IMG/VR virus record: IMGVR_UViG_3300032323_001205
Location: 26,919-90,918 of that record
Source of the DNA: a virus
Lineage: Duplodnaviria; Heunggongvirae; Uroviricota; Caudoviricetes
Length of the DNA stretch: 64,000 nucleotides
Reading direction: 5' to 3' (one strand)
Below are positions 9,941 through 18,938 of the stretch, piece by piece. Position 1 is the stretch's first letter; each line of letters starts with the position of its first letter. The translations under genes and the position numbers were made by a program. Under the pieces are notes generated by a model, which worked only from the letters and a program-made list of their open reading frames with translations, was not told the origin of the DNA and made no database searches.

Positions 9941-10267
9941 ATGAAAAAAACTATTATTATATTCGTAATGGCGCTTTTTGCGCCATTAATACATTCTAGT
10001 GCCCCGAATGTATCCGAAGAAATTGTAAATTTTGAAGCCCCGTGTTATAATACAAAGGTATTGCTTGATGCATTGAAAAACAACTATAAAGAAACACCCA
10101 TAGTAGTGGGTAAAGCAAATGATATAGCTGGATCTACTATGACACTTTGGGTTAATCCCTTGAATGATAGTTGGACAATCGTAGCAACAAAGAAAGATTT
10201 AAGTTGCGTAATTGGAACAGGTACACACTTTAAAATTATGCCAATGAAGAAATCAAACAACATATAA
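9941..10267 (+). CDS. Small secreted protein
   Basis: 108 aa. Signal peptide MKKTIIIFVMALFAPLIHSSAP. Confidence 0.5.
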   Translation: MKKTIIIFVMALFAPLIHSSAPNVSEEIVNFEAPCYNTKVLLDALKNNYKETPIVVGKANDIAGSTMTLWVNPLNDSWTIVATKKDLSCVIGTGTHFKIMPMKKSNNI

Positions 10268-11022
10268 TGATTGGATACAAACAAATGATTAGAATTTTTA
10301 TAATATTAGCTTGTCTGTTAAGTTTTAGTGCTAATGCACAGACAGTACCATTAACAGCACAAGCATGGTTAGTAGCTGATAGTAATGGAAGAATACTTGA
10401 AGGGTCTAACATGTCTGAAATACGCAGTATTGCAAGCATTACCAAACTAATGACTGCAATGGTTGTATTAGACAGCGGACAGTCATTGACTGAAATCATT
10501 CCAAAGAAACTATACAATAAACAATTGTCTAGACAGACACTAATTGATTTGGCAATTGTAAAAAGCGACAATAATGCTGCAAAAATGCTGTGCGATTACT
10601 ATCCCGGAGGATTCAAAGCTTGTGTAGAGGCAATGAATACCAAAGCAATATTATTACAAATGAATGATACTGTGTTTACAGATCCAACCGGTAGATATCA
10701 CACTAATGTAAGTACAGCAGAAGATTTGATTAAACTGGTATTTGCTGCAAGCAATTATCCATTGATTGTTGAAGCAAGTAACATGGATGCTGTACGTTGG
10801 CCTTTGAATAAAAAGAAGACAGCAGAGTTTAGAAATACTAATAGATTAGTGGGTAACGGTCACACGTTCTTAGTAAGCAAGACTGGTTTTATTAACAAAG
10901 CAGGCGGATGCATTGTTATGATGTTAGATACTGCAAATGGAATTAGGACCGTAGTCCTATTGGGTTCGAAAAATACTAAGACTCGTATCCCTGAAGCAAA
11001 AATGTTGTCAATGCTTCATTGA
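10267..11022 (+). CDS. D-alanyl-D-alanine endopeptidase/carboxypeptidase (PBP, peptidase S11 family)
   Basis: 251 aa. Signal peptide, then the three PBP active-site motifs in order: SITK (SxxK), SDN (SxN) and KTG (VSKTGFI). ATGA-type overlap with the preceding ORF. Confidence 0.8.
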   Translation: MIGYKQMIRIFIILACLLSFSANAQTVPLTAQAWLVADSNGRILEGSNMSEIRSIASITKLMTAMVVLDSGQSLTEIIPKKLYNKQLSRQTLIDLAIVKSDNNAAKMLCDYYPGGFKACVEAMNTKAILLQMNDTVFTDPTGRYHTNVSTAEDLIKLVFAASNYPLIVEASNMDAVRWPLNKKKTAEFRNTNRLVGNGHTFLVSKTGFINKAGGCIVMMLDTANGIRTVVLLGSKNTKTRIPEAKMLSMLH

Positions 11023-11037
11023 TCGGGTTACTAACCC

Positions 11038-11322
11038 TTATTCAATAATATTTCTATATTTAGAAATGTCTTGTTCAGGAGTATAATCTACTCCTGGTAT
11101 AGGACTGAAGTCTTTATTAATAGACTGTTGCATTTCATCCCCATATTTTAAAGTAATGTAGCTGAATGTTTGTTCATTCTTTTTTTCGTCATTGATACCT
11201 AAAATCAGATAGTTTGGAAATTGAATTTTTAAATCAACTACTTTTTTAAGTATAGGATCTTTTAGTATATCATCAAAGATATCGTTTTCTCTATAAAATT
11301 TATATATTTTCATGTTTTCCAA
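11038..11322 (-). CDS. Hypothetical protein
   Basis: 94 aa ORF in the minus-strand array. No recognisable motif. Confidence 0.4.
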   Translation of the reverse strand: MENMKIYKFYRENDIFDDILKDPILKKVVDLKIQFPNYLILGINDEKKNEQTFSYITLKYGDEMQQSINKDFSPIPGVDYTPEQDISKYRNIIE

Positions 11323-11516
11323 AGTGTAAAAGCTACATAATCTTGTTCTGATTCAAAACAAAAAATCCAACCACCTGACAAAAAATCGGCATTAGGATTT
11401 TCCATATACCTCCAATCATAACTACAATTTCGTTGACACCAATCAATAGTAGATTGCAGTTCACCGTGAGGTATACTAATTTTTATTTTGTATGACGTTG
11501 GAATGTTTATGGACAT
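11310..11516 (-). CDS. Hypothetical protein
   Basis: 68 aa ORF. Overlaps its neighbours by a few codons, typical of this array. Confidence 0.35.
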   Translation of the reverse strand: MSINIPTSYKIKISIPHGELQSTIDWCQRNCSYDWRYMENPNADFLSGGWIFCFESEQDYVAFTLWKT

Positions 11517-12099
11517 TTACCCCACCCTTTTTTTGAGTTTTTCCCTTTTGGAAACCTTCCGGTATGATCTCATCGGGGTTAATCATCATGTTAGTGATAC
11601 CATCAGTTAACCAAATTTTACCGGTCGATCTTTTGCTTAATGCGGAAATTCTTTTCAAGTGTCCTGTTTCTGCATTAACCTTTCCTTGAATCCGTCCGCC
11701 TTTGCGACATGATTCTAATCGTTGTATTGGATCACCAAACGCTCCTTTTCCAGAAGATATGGTCGCGGCACCACCTTTTTTACCTGCTTCGGACCAATTG
11801 GCTAATTTTTGAATTTTTCTCATGTGCCCGTTATTAGCATTTATTTTATCCCGAACAGTTCCTCCCAAAGAACTACTAATTTTTGCAGCCTTGTCTGTTT
11901 GACCAGTCAATAAGTAATAAGCTCCCAAATCTTCTTTCTTACCATATTGCTCATATAACTTCATATGTGCCATTGCATGTTCTTTTCTTGACAGTTCAAT
12001 TAAGTTTGATGGGTCATCAGTACCGCCCATATGTTTAGGAATAATGTGGTGTATATGCTTCATAGAAGTGCCTCTGCATGTTGTACTTCTATTTATCAT
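11476..12099 (-). CDS. HNH homing endonuclease
   Basis: HNH core HHIIPKHMGGTDDPSNLIELSRKEHAMAH. The track start at 12105 is TTG. In-frame ATGs exist at 12099 and 12063. The 12063 start has a GAGG Shine-Dalgarno and avoids overlap with the dCMP deaminase gene. Confidence 0.75.
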   Translation of the reverse strand: MINRSTTCRGTSMKHIHHIIPKHMGGTDDPSNLIELSRKEHAMAHMKLYEQYGKKEDLGAYYLLTGQTDKAAKISSSLGGTVRDKINANNGHMRKIQKLANWSEAGKKGGAATISSGKGAFGDPIQRLESCRKGGRIQGKVNAETGHLKRISALSKRSTGKIWLTDGITNMMINPDEIIPEGFQKGKTQKKGGVNVHKHSNVIQNKN

Positions 12100-12613
12100 C
12101 CCCAATTAGTTTTGTAAGTTTTACCCCACACTTTTCTAAAAAAAGCAGTCCTTCGTCAGTCCTATATACTTTTTTATATACTACTTCACTTACTCCCGCT
12201 TGATATATAGCCTTTGCACAATGTATACATGGGGCGTCAGTTGTAAATAAAGTTGATCCCGCGCTACTCTCAGTGCCCTGTGCTACCTTCATTAGGCAGT
12301 TCATTTCGGCGTGCAGTACCTCGTCCTTAGTCACTAATCGGTATCTGCGATTAGAACCCACTAGTGGATCAAATTCTGTATGCGGGAACTGTTCTACCTT
12401 CTCTGCGTCAGGTAAGAATCCAGCTTTCGCCGCGTTCATATATTCTTTGTACTCGCACTCGTTAGTCCATCCAGTGGGCATACCGTTGTATCCATAGCTA
12501 AGAATGCGATTCTCTTTTACAATAACAGCGCCTACTTGTCTACGAATTGCGCTTGATAGTTTGCTGGTAAGTTCTGCAACTTCCATATAGTAGTCAATAA
12601 ATTTTTGTTTCAT
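12089..12613 (-). CDS. dCMP deaminase (cytidine/deoxycytidylate deaminase zinc-binding family)
   Basis: 174 aa. Zinc-ligand motifs HAEMNCLM and PCIHCAKAI (H-x-E ... PCxxC). Confidence 0.85.
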   Translation of the reverse strand: MKQKFIDYYMEVAELTSKLSSAIRRQVGAVIVKENRILSYGYNGMPTGWTNECEYKEYMNAAKAGFLPDAEKVEQFPHTEFDPLVGSNRRYRLVTKDEVLHAEMNCLMKVAQGTESSAGSTLFTTDAPCIHCAKAIYQAGVSEVVYKKVYRTDEGLLFLEKCGVKLTKLIGDDK

Positions 12614-12849
12614 CTTACATAGAATTTTTTAATATGTGCTTTTGCTGAATTGTCTGGCAATATACTTAACACATAATTTGGTTCGTCATATTTTTTGCAA
12701 AAGGCTTGTCCTAGATTGCACTCACCCTTGATTTGTTCAAAGAGAAACCCTTTACAAAAATCTTCAAACTCTTGTTTAGTAATTGTAAAATTTTTCTTAC
12801 CTTTACCTAATGTTTGTAATTCTAGTTGTTGTACCATTTTATCAAACAT
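12610..12849 (-). CDS. Hypothetical protein
   Basis: 79 aa, 4-nt overlap with the upstream gene. Confidence 0.4.
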   Translation of the reverse strand: MFDKMVQQLELQTLGKGKKNFTITKQEFEDFCKGFLFEQIKGECNLGQAFCKKYDEPNYVLSILPDNSAKAHIKKFYVR

Positions 12850-12850
12850 T

Positions 12851-13387
12851 TTAATCCCACAGGTTGCGATAATACTTACCGAACAAATCTAGACCTTCTT
12901 GAATGCGTTCTTCATGCAATTCATATCCATCTTTGTCAAAGAAATGTTCGTCTGGATTTTTATCAACCATTTGATAAGTTTCTTCTACCTTACCAGTGAT
13001 GGGATTTGCAAATGTCTTGTTACTTTTTACCCAATCATATTCACTTTTACCATGATGGTATTTTTCACTGTAGTCTACTAAACATAGTTGTTCAAAAGAC
13101 CAGATCATTTTATCTAGAACTTCTTCCCATCTTTTTGCACCCTCGGTCCAAGCCTCATCATGACTTTCTTTATAAAACTCAAAACTTTCTTGTGGATCCC
13201 AATCTTCGCCACCCACTTCTACAAACTCTGCGGGTACACCTTGCTTATGCAGTCTTAAATGTATCAATGCAGGATATATGATGTGCGCCAAAGTGTTATC
13301 TAAGTTCCAACAGTCATAACTGTCAATCTTGATATCAATTTTTTTTCTATTACCCTTTTTAGGGTATGCACCTATTTTAATTTTCAT
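12851..13387 (-). CDS. Hypothetical protein
   Basis: 178 aa, Trp/acidic-rich. No motif recognised. Confidence 0.45.
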   Translation of the reverse strand: MKIKIGAYPKKGNRKKIDIKIDSYDCWNLDNTLAHIIYPALIHLRLHKQGVPAEFVEVGGEDWDPQESFEFYKESHDEAWTEGAKRWEEVLDKMIWSFEQLCLVDYSEKYHHGKSEYDWVKSNKTFANPITGKVEETYQMVDKNPDEHFFDKDGYELHEERIQEGLDLFGKYYRNLWD

Positions 13388-13746
13388 AATACTACTTTTA
13401 TTTTACCATCAACAAATGCTACCACATCATCTTCGTGCAATACAGCGGCATATTTAATGTTTTTATATTCTTTGGCTAATACTGCAAGTTCTTCCAATGA
13501 AGAACCTTGACAGACAAAAGTGTCATCTTCTCTGTTATAGAGGTATAAAATATTATTGGATTTTTCCACCATAAGTTGCGACACCGTCGGTTGTTCTTCT
13601 TCTAGAACATTGTCCTGGTATGGAATAGTTATACCTTGTTTTTTTGCTTCTTTATAAAGTAGATGACGCAACCTATGCGATAGAATAGCAAAGCCGGTTT
13701 GATATCCTAACCAAAAAACAAGACAGAGAATTATAAGTTCTAGCAT
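13384..13746 (-). CDS. Hypothetical membrane-anchored protein
   Basis: 120 aa. N-terminal TM MLELIILCLVFWLGYQTGFAIL. Confidence 0.45.
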   Translation of the reverse strand: MLELIILCLVFWLGYQTGFAILSHRLRHLLYKEAKKQGITIPYQDNVLEEEQPTVSQLMVEKSNNILYLYNREDDTFVCQGSSLEELAVLAKEYKNIKYAAVLHEDDVVAFVDGKIKVVL

Positions 13747-13752
13747 AGTATT

Positions 13753-14034
13753 TTATTTATTAATAATAAGATTAGACCATTGTTTTAATTTCTGAAACTT
13801 AGCTTTTTTGGCTTCCTTCAACCCTTGCACAGTAATACCGACTTTGTTATCCACTAACAATTCAATCATTGCTTGCAAGTCACCTAATTCTTTTTGTAGT
13901 CGTTGAATGTTTGTAACATCAACTCCCTCCATCATTTGGTCAGGGCCAAAGCGAAAGCATTTGCTAATTTCAACAATTACTTCAGCACATTCTTCTTGTA
14001 GAATGATTAGTATCTCTCTTGTATCTTCGTTCAT
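13753..14034 (-). CDS. MazG-like nucleoside triphosphate pyrophosphohydrolase (all-alpha NTP-PPase)
   Basis: 93 aa. EExxE-type motif ILQEECAEVIVEISK and a second helix LQKELGDLQAMIELL, like small phage MazG proteins. Confidence 0.5.
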   Translation of the reverse strand: MNEDTREILIILQEECAEVIVEISKCFRFGPDQMMEGVDVTNIQRLQKELGDLQAMIELLVDNKVGITVQGLKEAKKAKFQKLKQWSNLIINK

Positions 14035-14035
14035 A

Positions 14036-14566
14036 TTAATCTTTCTTTTTACTTGCCATTGATGTTATTTTAGGTTCAATATATCTTTTGTGATAATCTT
14101 TATAGTTATTGAGATAGTGTTCCCATTGAATCCAACGACTCTTTTTCTTTGTGTTGTCAACTAAAAATCCCCACTCACGCTGTTGAGGTCCCATGAAGAA
14201 CAATGTTGTTGCGGGACCCACACTTTCATCCATTTCGAGCCAATGATAATCTTTTGCTTTGCGAATGATTACTGATCCTGGACCACGCCACTTTTGAAAC
14301 TCTGCAATCTTTTTACCATCATTATTGAATACCGGAGTGTGTTCCCAATAACCACCCTTTAATATAATAGTCATGTAAGACCAGGGATGGTCGTGAAAGA
14401 TAGGATCGTCTGATTTGACAATCTTGTGTAATGTAACATTGAATGGGAACTTTGTGCGATCTTTTAAAAAGAGATAGTATCTATGCATATAGTCTTCACC
14501 TGTTTGACGATCAGGAATCAAACGATAACGACCTAGCTTGTTCATTAATGAGTGAAAGAATCCCAT
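14036..14566 (-). CDS. Hypothetical protein (possible cupin/His-rich metal-binding fold)
   Basis: 176 aa with HDHPW ... YHWLEM His-containing motifs. Family not identified. Confidence 0.4.
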   Translation of the reverse strand: MGFFHSLMNKLGRYRLIPDRQTGEDYMHRYYLFLKDRTKFPFNVTLHKIVKSDDPIFHDHPWSYMTIILKGGYWEHTPVFNNDGKKIAEFQKWRGPGSVIIRKAKDYHWLEMDESVGPATTLFFMGPQQREWGFLVDNTKKKSRWIQWEHYLNNYKDYHKRYIEPKITSMASKKKD

Positions 14567-14596
14567 ACAATGCTCCTAAAATATTTACAATGATAT

Positions 14597-14625
14597 ATTA
14601 TAACACATATTTGAATTAAATGCAA
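14597..14625 (-). promoter_or_regulatory. Sigma70-like promoter, class 2 (TTGCAT-N17-TATAAT); near-identical copy at 30427-30455
   Basis: A 34-nt block ttattataacacatatttgaattaaatgcaag is shared (about 30 of 34 identical) with 30425-30458. Both lie upstream of minus-strand genes. Confidence 0.5.
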
Positions 14626-14627
14626 GT

Positions 14628-14650
14628 AGGAAAAGGGCATTGCTGCCCTT
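14628..14650 (-). terminator. Intrinsic terminator after CDS 14670..14931
   Basis: Minus strand reads GGGCAGCAATGCCC followed by TTTT (plus aaaagggcattgctgccctttt). Confidence 0.5.
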
Positions 14651-14669
14651 TTATGTCATCTCACAGAGA

Positions 14670-14931
14670 TTAGACTGCGATGCCCAAAGACATTGCACGA
14701 TAACCTGCGGCTACTAACTCGCGGCTAGGTTGACCCAAACGGTACTTGGTAAAAGTACCACCAAGCTTGTTAGTACGCTTGTTAGCGTAAACTGCGAAAC
14801 CACTCAAACGAATGTTAGAGATAGTTGCTGTTGGGTTCTTAATACCAAAACGTGCAGAGATTTGCTTTGCGGTGAGTTCTTCACCAGACTGAAGTGCCTC
14901 TAGGACACGTGTTTGCTTAGTTACGTTCATT
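14670..14931 (-). CDS. Winged-helix/HTH DNA-binding protein
   Basis: Preferred start is MNVTKQTRVLEALQSG at 14931, with an AAGGAAA Shine-Dalgarno. The track start at 15026 lacks an SD. HTH-like LTAKQISARFGIKNPTATISNIR. Confidence 0.5.
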
Positions 14932-15026
14932 TTGTTTTCCTTTAAAAGTTCGTTGTTCTCACAACGTACATAGATTATACGATAGATTTTATCTTCGTAC
15001 AACACATTCTGGACACCTGTTTTCAT

Positions 15027-15875
15027 TTAGATATCCAAAAACTTTAGCTGAAATTCATCAGCCTGTTCATCCCATCCTGCATAACCTCTAGGATTACATA
15101 CCACTCTGGTTTCACCAACCATGTAATCAAATGGATCATGTGTATGACCATGAGTCCATAGTTTGATTTCTGGATGATCCAAAATGAATTCGCTCAAGTC
15201 ACTAGAATAACCACCGTTCATCAAATACTCATTCTGATATTTTGGATGTGTAGATAGTTTGCTAGGAGAATGATGTCCTGCAAATACAATCTTACGGTCC
15301 TTCATATCAGGAAGGATTGATTTAAGGTATGCAATAGTTTGTTGGTGACGATACATTGTATGTGCAGGGCGTAACTTAGTATACCCGTGTTCATCATTTC
15401 GGATAATACGATAGTCATTCATCATATCAGCCAATGCATGAAGTGTAAGAGGATCACCCTTATTACAATCAGTCCACAATGTAGCACCAATGAATGTTAC
15501 ATCATTGATAACCTTAACATCACGTTCCAAAAAGTAAACGTTGGTAAACTTTGCACATTCATCACGTAAATATTGTAGGCTAGCTTTCCACTTACCATGA
15601 TAGAATTCATGGTTACCGGCAATGTAAATAACATGCGGGAATTCAAAACTGCAACGCTTTAAAAAGTCACGGAAGCGAAGGGCAGTTTGTTGTCTACGAC
15701 CCAGGTCAGCAATGTTGACACTACTATACATTCCATAATCCATTTCAGGATGATTGTGCAGGTCCTCTGCAACCATAATGTCACCCGATAGGATGAGTAC
15801 CTCAGCACCTTCACTATTCGTGAGGTTGATGTCCTGAAACTCTAAGTGCAGGTCACTTGCTAGTGCGATTTTCAT
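15027..15875 (-). CDS. Calcineurin-like metallophosphoesterase
   Basis: 282 aa. MPE motifs LASDLH, SGDIMV (GD), IAGNHEF (GNHE), FAGHHSP, HGHTHD. Confidence 0.75.
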   Translation of the reverse strand: MKIALASDLHLEFQDINLTNSEGAEVLILSGDIMVAEDLHNHPEMDYGMYSSVNIADLGRRQQTALRFRDFLKRCSFEFPHVIYIAGNHEFYHGKWKASLQYLRDECAKFTNVYFLERDVKVINDVTFIGATLWTDCNKGDPLTLHALADMMNDYRIIRNDEHGYTKLRPAHTMYRHQQTIAYLKSILPDMKDRKIVFAGHHSPSKLSTHPKYQNEYLMNGGYSSDLSEFILDHPEIKLWTHGHTHDPFDYMVGETRVVCNPRGYAGWDEQADEFQLKFLDI

Positions 15876-16053
15876 TTAATAATTCTCTACATTTTTGTTT
15901 GACTGCCGCCGGGTAGTCGGGATGGAATTCTGCTATGTCGCAATTATAACGTATTACTCTTTCATTGTCAACCTCATAGTTGGCATATACAACGGTGATG
16001 GCAAGTATTATTACACAGACTATAACAATGATTGATTCGAATTTCATATCCAC
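15853..16053 (-). CDS. Small membrane protein
   Basis: 66 aa. TM segment IIVIVCVIILAITVVYA. Confidence 0.4.
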   Translation of the reverse strand: MDMKFESIIVIVCVIILAITVVYANYEVDNERVIRYNCDIAEFHPDYPAAVKQKCRELLNENRTSK

Positions 16054-16283
16054 TTCAATGCGAATATAACCGCATCCTTTTCTTTAGCAAACTTGAATTT
16101 AGCATGATCCCAATATGCATTGACCTCATAGGTGCCATCGCAATATTGCTTGCACCATTTACGTGCCTCTTCTACATCGTCATCATATTCAAAATAGCGC
16201 ACATTGTTAGGGAATAACTTAATTAGATAAGGGAATTCTCTTTTACTCTTCCGTCTTTGTGCGGAGTTCATCTTATTTCCCAC
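16044..16283 (-). CDS. Hypothetical protein
   Basis: 79 aa ORF in the array. Confidence 0.4.
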   Translation of the reverse strand: MGNKMNSAQRRKSKREFPYLIKLFPNNVRYFEYDDDVEEARKWCKQYCDGTYEVNAYWDHAKFKFAKEKDAVIFALKWI

Positions 16284-16486
16284 TTCTTTTGTTCAAATGC
16301 ATTGCAATGAACACAGAATCGATTTTGGCGCGCCCAGATTGAACTATTGTTACTTTCCACAGGACCCCACTTAGTCCAATTGTGAATATTAAAGCGACAC
16401 CAAAAGCTAGTTACCGCTGGTGGCAATTCTTGCAATGTTCTAAATGTATTTAATTTTTCGTTCATAACCAATTGTGGCATGACCAC
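16268..16486 (-). CDS. Hypothetical protein
   Basis: 72 aa ORF in the array. Confidence 0.35.
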   Translation of the reverse strand: MVMPQLVMNEKLNTFRTLQELPPAVTSFWCRFNIHNWTKWGPVESNNSSIWARQNRFCVHCNAFEQKKWEIR

Positions 16487-16809
16487 TTGTTGAGATATCG
16501 GATACTTGCCTTGAAAGAACCAAAGTGTTTTTTATGGAAGTTGTTATATGCCGCCTGCCACTTCTTTGTGATTGGTTCAGGGCTGTGAAAAGCTAGATAG
16601 TGAAGCTTACCAAACTGTTTAAAAATGATCTTGCGATTAAATTTATAACCGGCTGGATACCATTCAACACGGCTTTGCCAGTTGTAACTGCCTAGCAATG
16701 CACCGTGCTTACGGCGCTCACGCATGATACTTTTAGTAGTCATAGCCGAACTAGGACGAAACTTATTTGGGATATTTTTCATTTTACCAACTCGGTGATA
16801 TGCTTGCAA
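16462..16809 (-). CDS. Hypothetical basic protein
   Basis: 115 aa, Lys/Arg/His-rich. Confidence 0.4.
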   Translation of the reverse strand: MQAYHRVGKMKNIPNKFRPSSAMTTKSIMRERRKHGALLGSYNWQSRVEWYPAGYKFNRKIIFKQFGKLHYLAFHSPEPITKKWQAAYNNFHKKHFGSFKASIRYLNKWSCHNWL

Positions 16810-17111
16810 CTACCACGATACATGTAGCCGGGACACGTACATGTTTTGTCTTCGGTGTCGATAGAATAGACATTGCCTTTACTACCAGACACTTTGATGA
16901 TTGTACTCTTTTCTTTGACTGCCTTGAAAGGATTCGGCTTTACTGGAGCAAACTTACGACCACGCTTGTCGATTGTGATTGGGTTTTTGAAATAGAATGG
17001 AGTAGTAGAACCAACCTTGATGTACGCAACCATTTTGGATCCGTCAAGCAAGTATGTATGATTGGCATTGTTGCTATCATTCCAAACTGTTGTTTCTACT
17101 ACTGCTTCCAT
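16779..17111 (-). CDS. SWIM zinc-finger protein
   Basis: 110 aa. C-terminal CTCPGYMYRGSCKH fits the SWIM CxCxnCxH pattern. Confidence 0.5.
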   Translation of the reverse strand: MEAVVETTVWNDSNNANHTYLLDGSKMVAYIKVGSTTPFYFKNPITIDKRGRKFAPVKPNPFKAVKEKSTIIKVSGSKGNVYSIDTEDKTCTCPGYMYRGSCKHITELVK

Positions 17112-17120
17112 TCTTACTCC

Positions 17121-17375
17121 TTAATACATGTATGAACTATTTGCCAAATGATCCAACGCCATGTCACCCTTGTACATTGTGGACTGTACAATTGAACCGT
17201 CATTGAATGATTTGTATACTGTGCTGATATTGTCAACACAAATCAATTCATAACCTAATTTTTCTAGCACGACACGATCTGGCATACCATCTTTGAAACG
17301 ATAAACTAAACCATGCTTGCACCGCTTGTCTTGCACAAGACCAAATTTCTTAACTAATTTTTGTAACGAACTCAT
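17121..17375 (-). CDS. Hypothetical protein
   Basis: 84 aa ORF. Confidence 0.4.
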   Translation of the reverse strand: MSSLQKLVKKFGLVQDKRCKHGLVYRFKDGMPDRVVLEKLGYELICVDNISTVYKSFNDGSIVQSTMYKGDMALDHLANSSYMY

Positions 17376-17390
17376 TTTAATTCCTCTACT

Positions 17391-17876
17391 TTACAGGGGC
17401 AATTCTTCTTTTTCTGCTTCGGCTTCTTTAGCAAAAGCCGCTGTCAACAAAACAAAGTCATCACCGTTATAGGATACGAACCAAGTAGGAACACCATTTA
17501 CATTACGCAGGATGTATTCATACTCCTCATACTGGTGATTCTGTTTGTAGTCTGCAAAGTCCTTGAAGTATCTGGCATTCACACCTTTTTCGCCGCGGTC
17601 ACGACCATAGAATGTAGTCATGTCACGATACAGGTTATAGTATACATCCTGTGTCATACCTTCCACATCATAGTGACTAAAAGGGTGTTTTGTACCGATA
17701 GATTCCTTCAAAGAACTAACATCACCCAAGTCGATCAATTCACGCAGTTTGAACGGGTCCTGATAATTCTCAAACAGGATCTTGCCGTTGTTAGACAAGT
17801 AACCATCCCAGTGGCAGTACACTTGACCAACAGTACCGTCAGCAAATTCCAAAGCGATTGTAGAACGTGTTGCCAT
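17391..17876 (-). CDS. Hypothetical protein (first gene after promoter 17910-17938)
   Basis: 161 aa. Consensus promoter immediately upstream. Confidence 0.5.
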   Translation of the reverse strand: MATRSTIALEFADGTVGQVYCHWDGYLSNNGKILFENYQDPFKLRELIDLGDVSSLKESIGTKHPFSHYDVEGMTQDVYYNLYRDMTTFYGRDRGEKGVNARYFKDFADYKQNHQYEEYEYILRNVNGVPTWFVSYNGDDFVLLTAAFAKEAEAEKEELPL

Positions 17877-17909
17877 TTTGTAGTCCTTTATTTAACTGTT
17901 TAAGATTCT

Positions 17910-17938
17910 ATTATATATCCAAACCGATTTATTGTCAA
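17910..17938 (-). promoter_or_regulatory. Sigma70 consensus promoter TTGACA-N17-TATAAT
   Basis: Plus strand attata 17910-17915, spacer 17, tgtcaa 17933-17938. Member of the 13-copy family. Confidence 0.7.
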
Positions 17939-18123
17939 CCGCGCTGATAGCGAGATTGGCTGAGGTATTCAATATCCACATTGATATCCTCGATCATGCC
18001 GTCAATCTGATTAGCAGACATTTGGTAGGCGTCAGTATCACCCAAAGCTTCCTTGATCTGGAACTTTGCGTACTCCAGAGTGTTGATAGCCTGTTCCAAT
18101 TTTAGTACTTTTTGATTACGCAT
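17935..18123 (-). CDS. Small early protein
   Basis: The track start at 18144 has no SD and lies 12 nt from the -10 element. The ATG at 18123 (MRNQKVLKLEQ...) has a GGAG Shine-Dalgarno 7 nt upstream. Confidence 0.45.
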   Translation of the reverse strand: MRNQKVLKLEQAINTLEYAKFQIKEALGDTDAYQMSANQIDGMIEDINVDIEYLSQSRYQRG

Positions 18124-18155
18124 TCGGAGACTCCGTTTTGTCATTCAATACAAGT

Positions 18156-18184
18156 ATTATATACCCAAAACCATTTATTGTCAA
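18156..18184 (-). promoter_or_regulatory. Sigma70 consensus promoter TTGACA-N17-TATAAT
   Basis: attata 18156-18161, spacer 17, tgtcaa 18179-18184. Confidence 0.7.
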
Positions 18185-18187
18185 ATT

Positions 18188-18460
18188 TTACACCAAGTCA
18201 ACCTGGACTTGTTTGCCGCGAATAGTAGCGCCTAGACCAACTGGAGTGGGCTCATTGAATACTTTAGCATTATAACGCATGTGAGCCAGTTTAATCATAG
18301 CCTCCCAGCAAACTGCACGGGCGGTTGTGGTAGCAAACATTTCCGTCATTTGCTGGATAGTCATATACATACCGATATCGTTCTCGGATCCGTCACCTTT
18401 GAAAATTACACGGAATTTTTGTGAATTTTTGAAGCCATCGATGATAGTTTTTGTACGCAT
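18188..18460 (-). CDS. Small early protein
   Basis: 90 aa, downstream of promoter 18494-18522. Confidence 0.45.
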   Translation of the reverse strand: MRTKTIIDGFKNSQKFRVIFKGDGSENDIGMYMTIQQMTEMFATTTARAVCWEAMIKLAHMRYNAKVFNEPTPVGLGATIRGKQVQVDLV

Positions 18461-18493
18461 TTCCTAGTCCTCTTTATCAGTTTCAATACATGT

Positions 18494-18522
18494 ATTGTAG
18501 CACAATACCCATTTATTGTCAA
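18494..18522 (-). promoter_or_regulatory. Sigma70 consensus promoter TTGACA-N17-TACAAT
   Basis: attgta 18494-18499, spacer 17, tgtcaa 18517-18522. Confidence 0.65.
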
Positions 18523-18524
18523 AT

Positions 18525-18761
18525 TTAGGCTACTTTTTGATCCATCATTTCAGCAAGGATAAACTTGGCTACGTTCATTTGCTTACGAACATATTCAACT
18601 GAGTGAGGACCAGTACCCATTGCCATCATTTCTTGGCAGTCACTCATAATGCCCATCACGACCATTTCCAGCCCCGAACACTTAGCGGTAATACTTTCCA
18701 TGTACTGTGTACGGATTTCTTGTTCAGACATACCATAGCACTTAGATTCAAATTCAGTCAT
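18525..18761 (-). CDS. Small early Cys/Met-rich protein
   Basis: The track ORF (to 18830) reads through the promoter; its N-terminal residues IFDNKWIWAYNTCIES are simply the translation of TTGACAATAAATGG...TATAAT. The real start is MTEFESK at 18761, with an AAGGAA Shine-Dalgarno. Confidence 0.5.
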   Translation of the reverse strand: MTEFESKCYGMSEQEIRTQYMESITAKCSGLEMVVMGIMSDCQEMMAMGTGPHSVEYVRKQMNVAKFILAEMMDQKVA

Positions 18762-18791
18762 TTCAGTTCCTTTTATCGATTCAATACATGT

Positions 18792-18820
18792 ATTATAAGC
18801 CCAAATCCATTTATTGTCAA
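18792..18820 (-). promoter_or_regulatory. Sigma70 consensus promoter TTGACA-N17-TATAAT
   Basis: attata 18792-18797, spacer 17, tgtcaa 18815-18820. Confidence 0.7.
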
Positions 18821-18828
18821 ATATTGGC

Positions 18829-18879
18829 AAAATCGCTAGAGGTGTATCAAGATATGTTCCTGAAACCTCTAGCGATTTT
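18829..18879. repeat. 15-bp perfect inverted repeat with 21-nt loop, followed by a CCCCTGAGGGG hairpin (18884-18894); likely rIIB terminator / RNA processing structure
   Basis: aaaatcgctagaggt ... acctctagcgatttt. It lies between the rIIB stop (18939) and promoter 18792-18820. Confidence 0.5.
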
Positions 18880-18938
18880 GAAGCCCCTGAGGGGTGAAAA
18901 GTAATACTTTAGTTTACCTTTTTAGTACACAAAAGTAC

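Noticed and set aside
12105-12105. TTG/GTG-initiated N-terminal extensions in the ORF track (HNH 12105, rIIB 20003, helicase 48550, Hsp20 27256)
   Set aside because: In each case a downstream ATG with a proper Shine-Dalgarno gives a start consistent with neighbouring stops or homolog N-termini. The upstream extension overlaps promoter or SD sequence.
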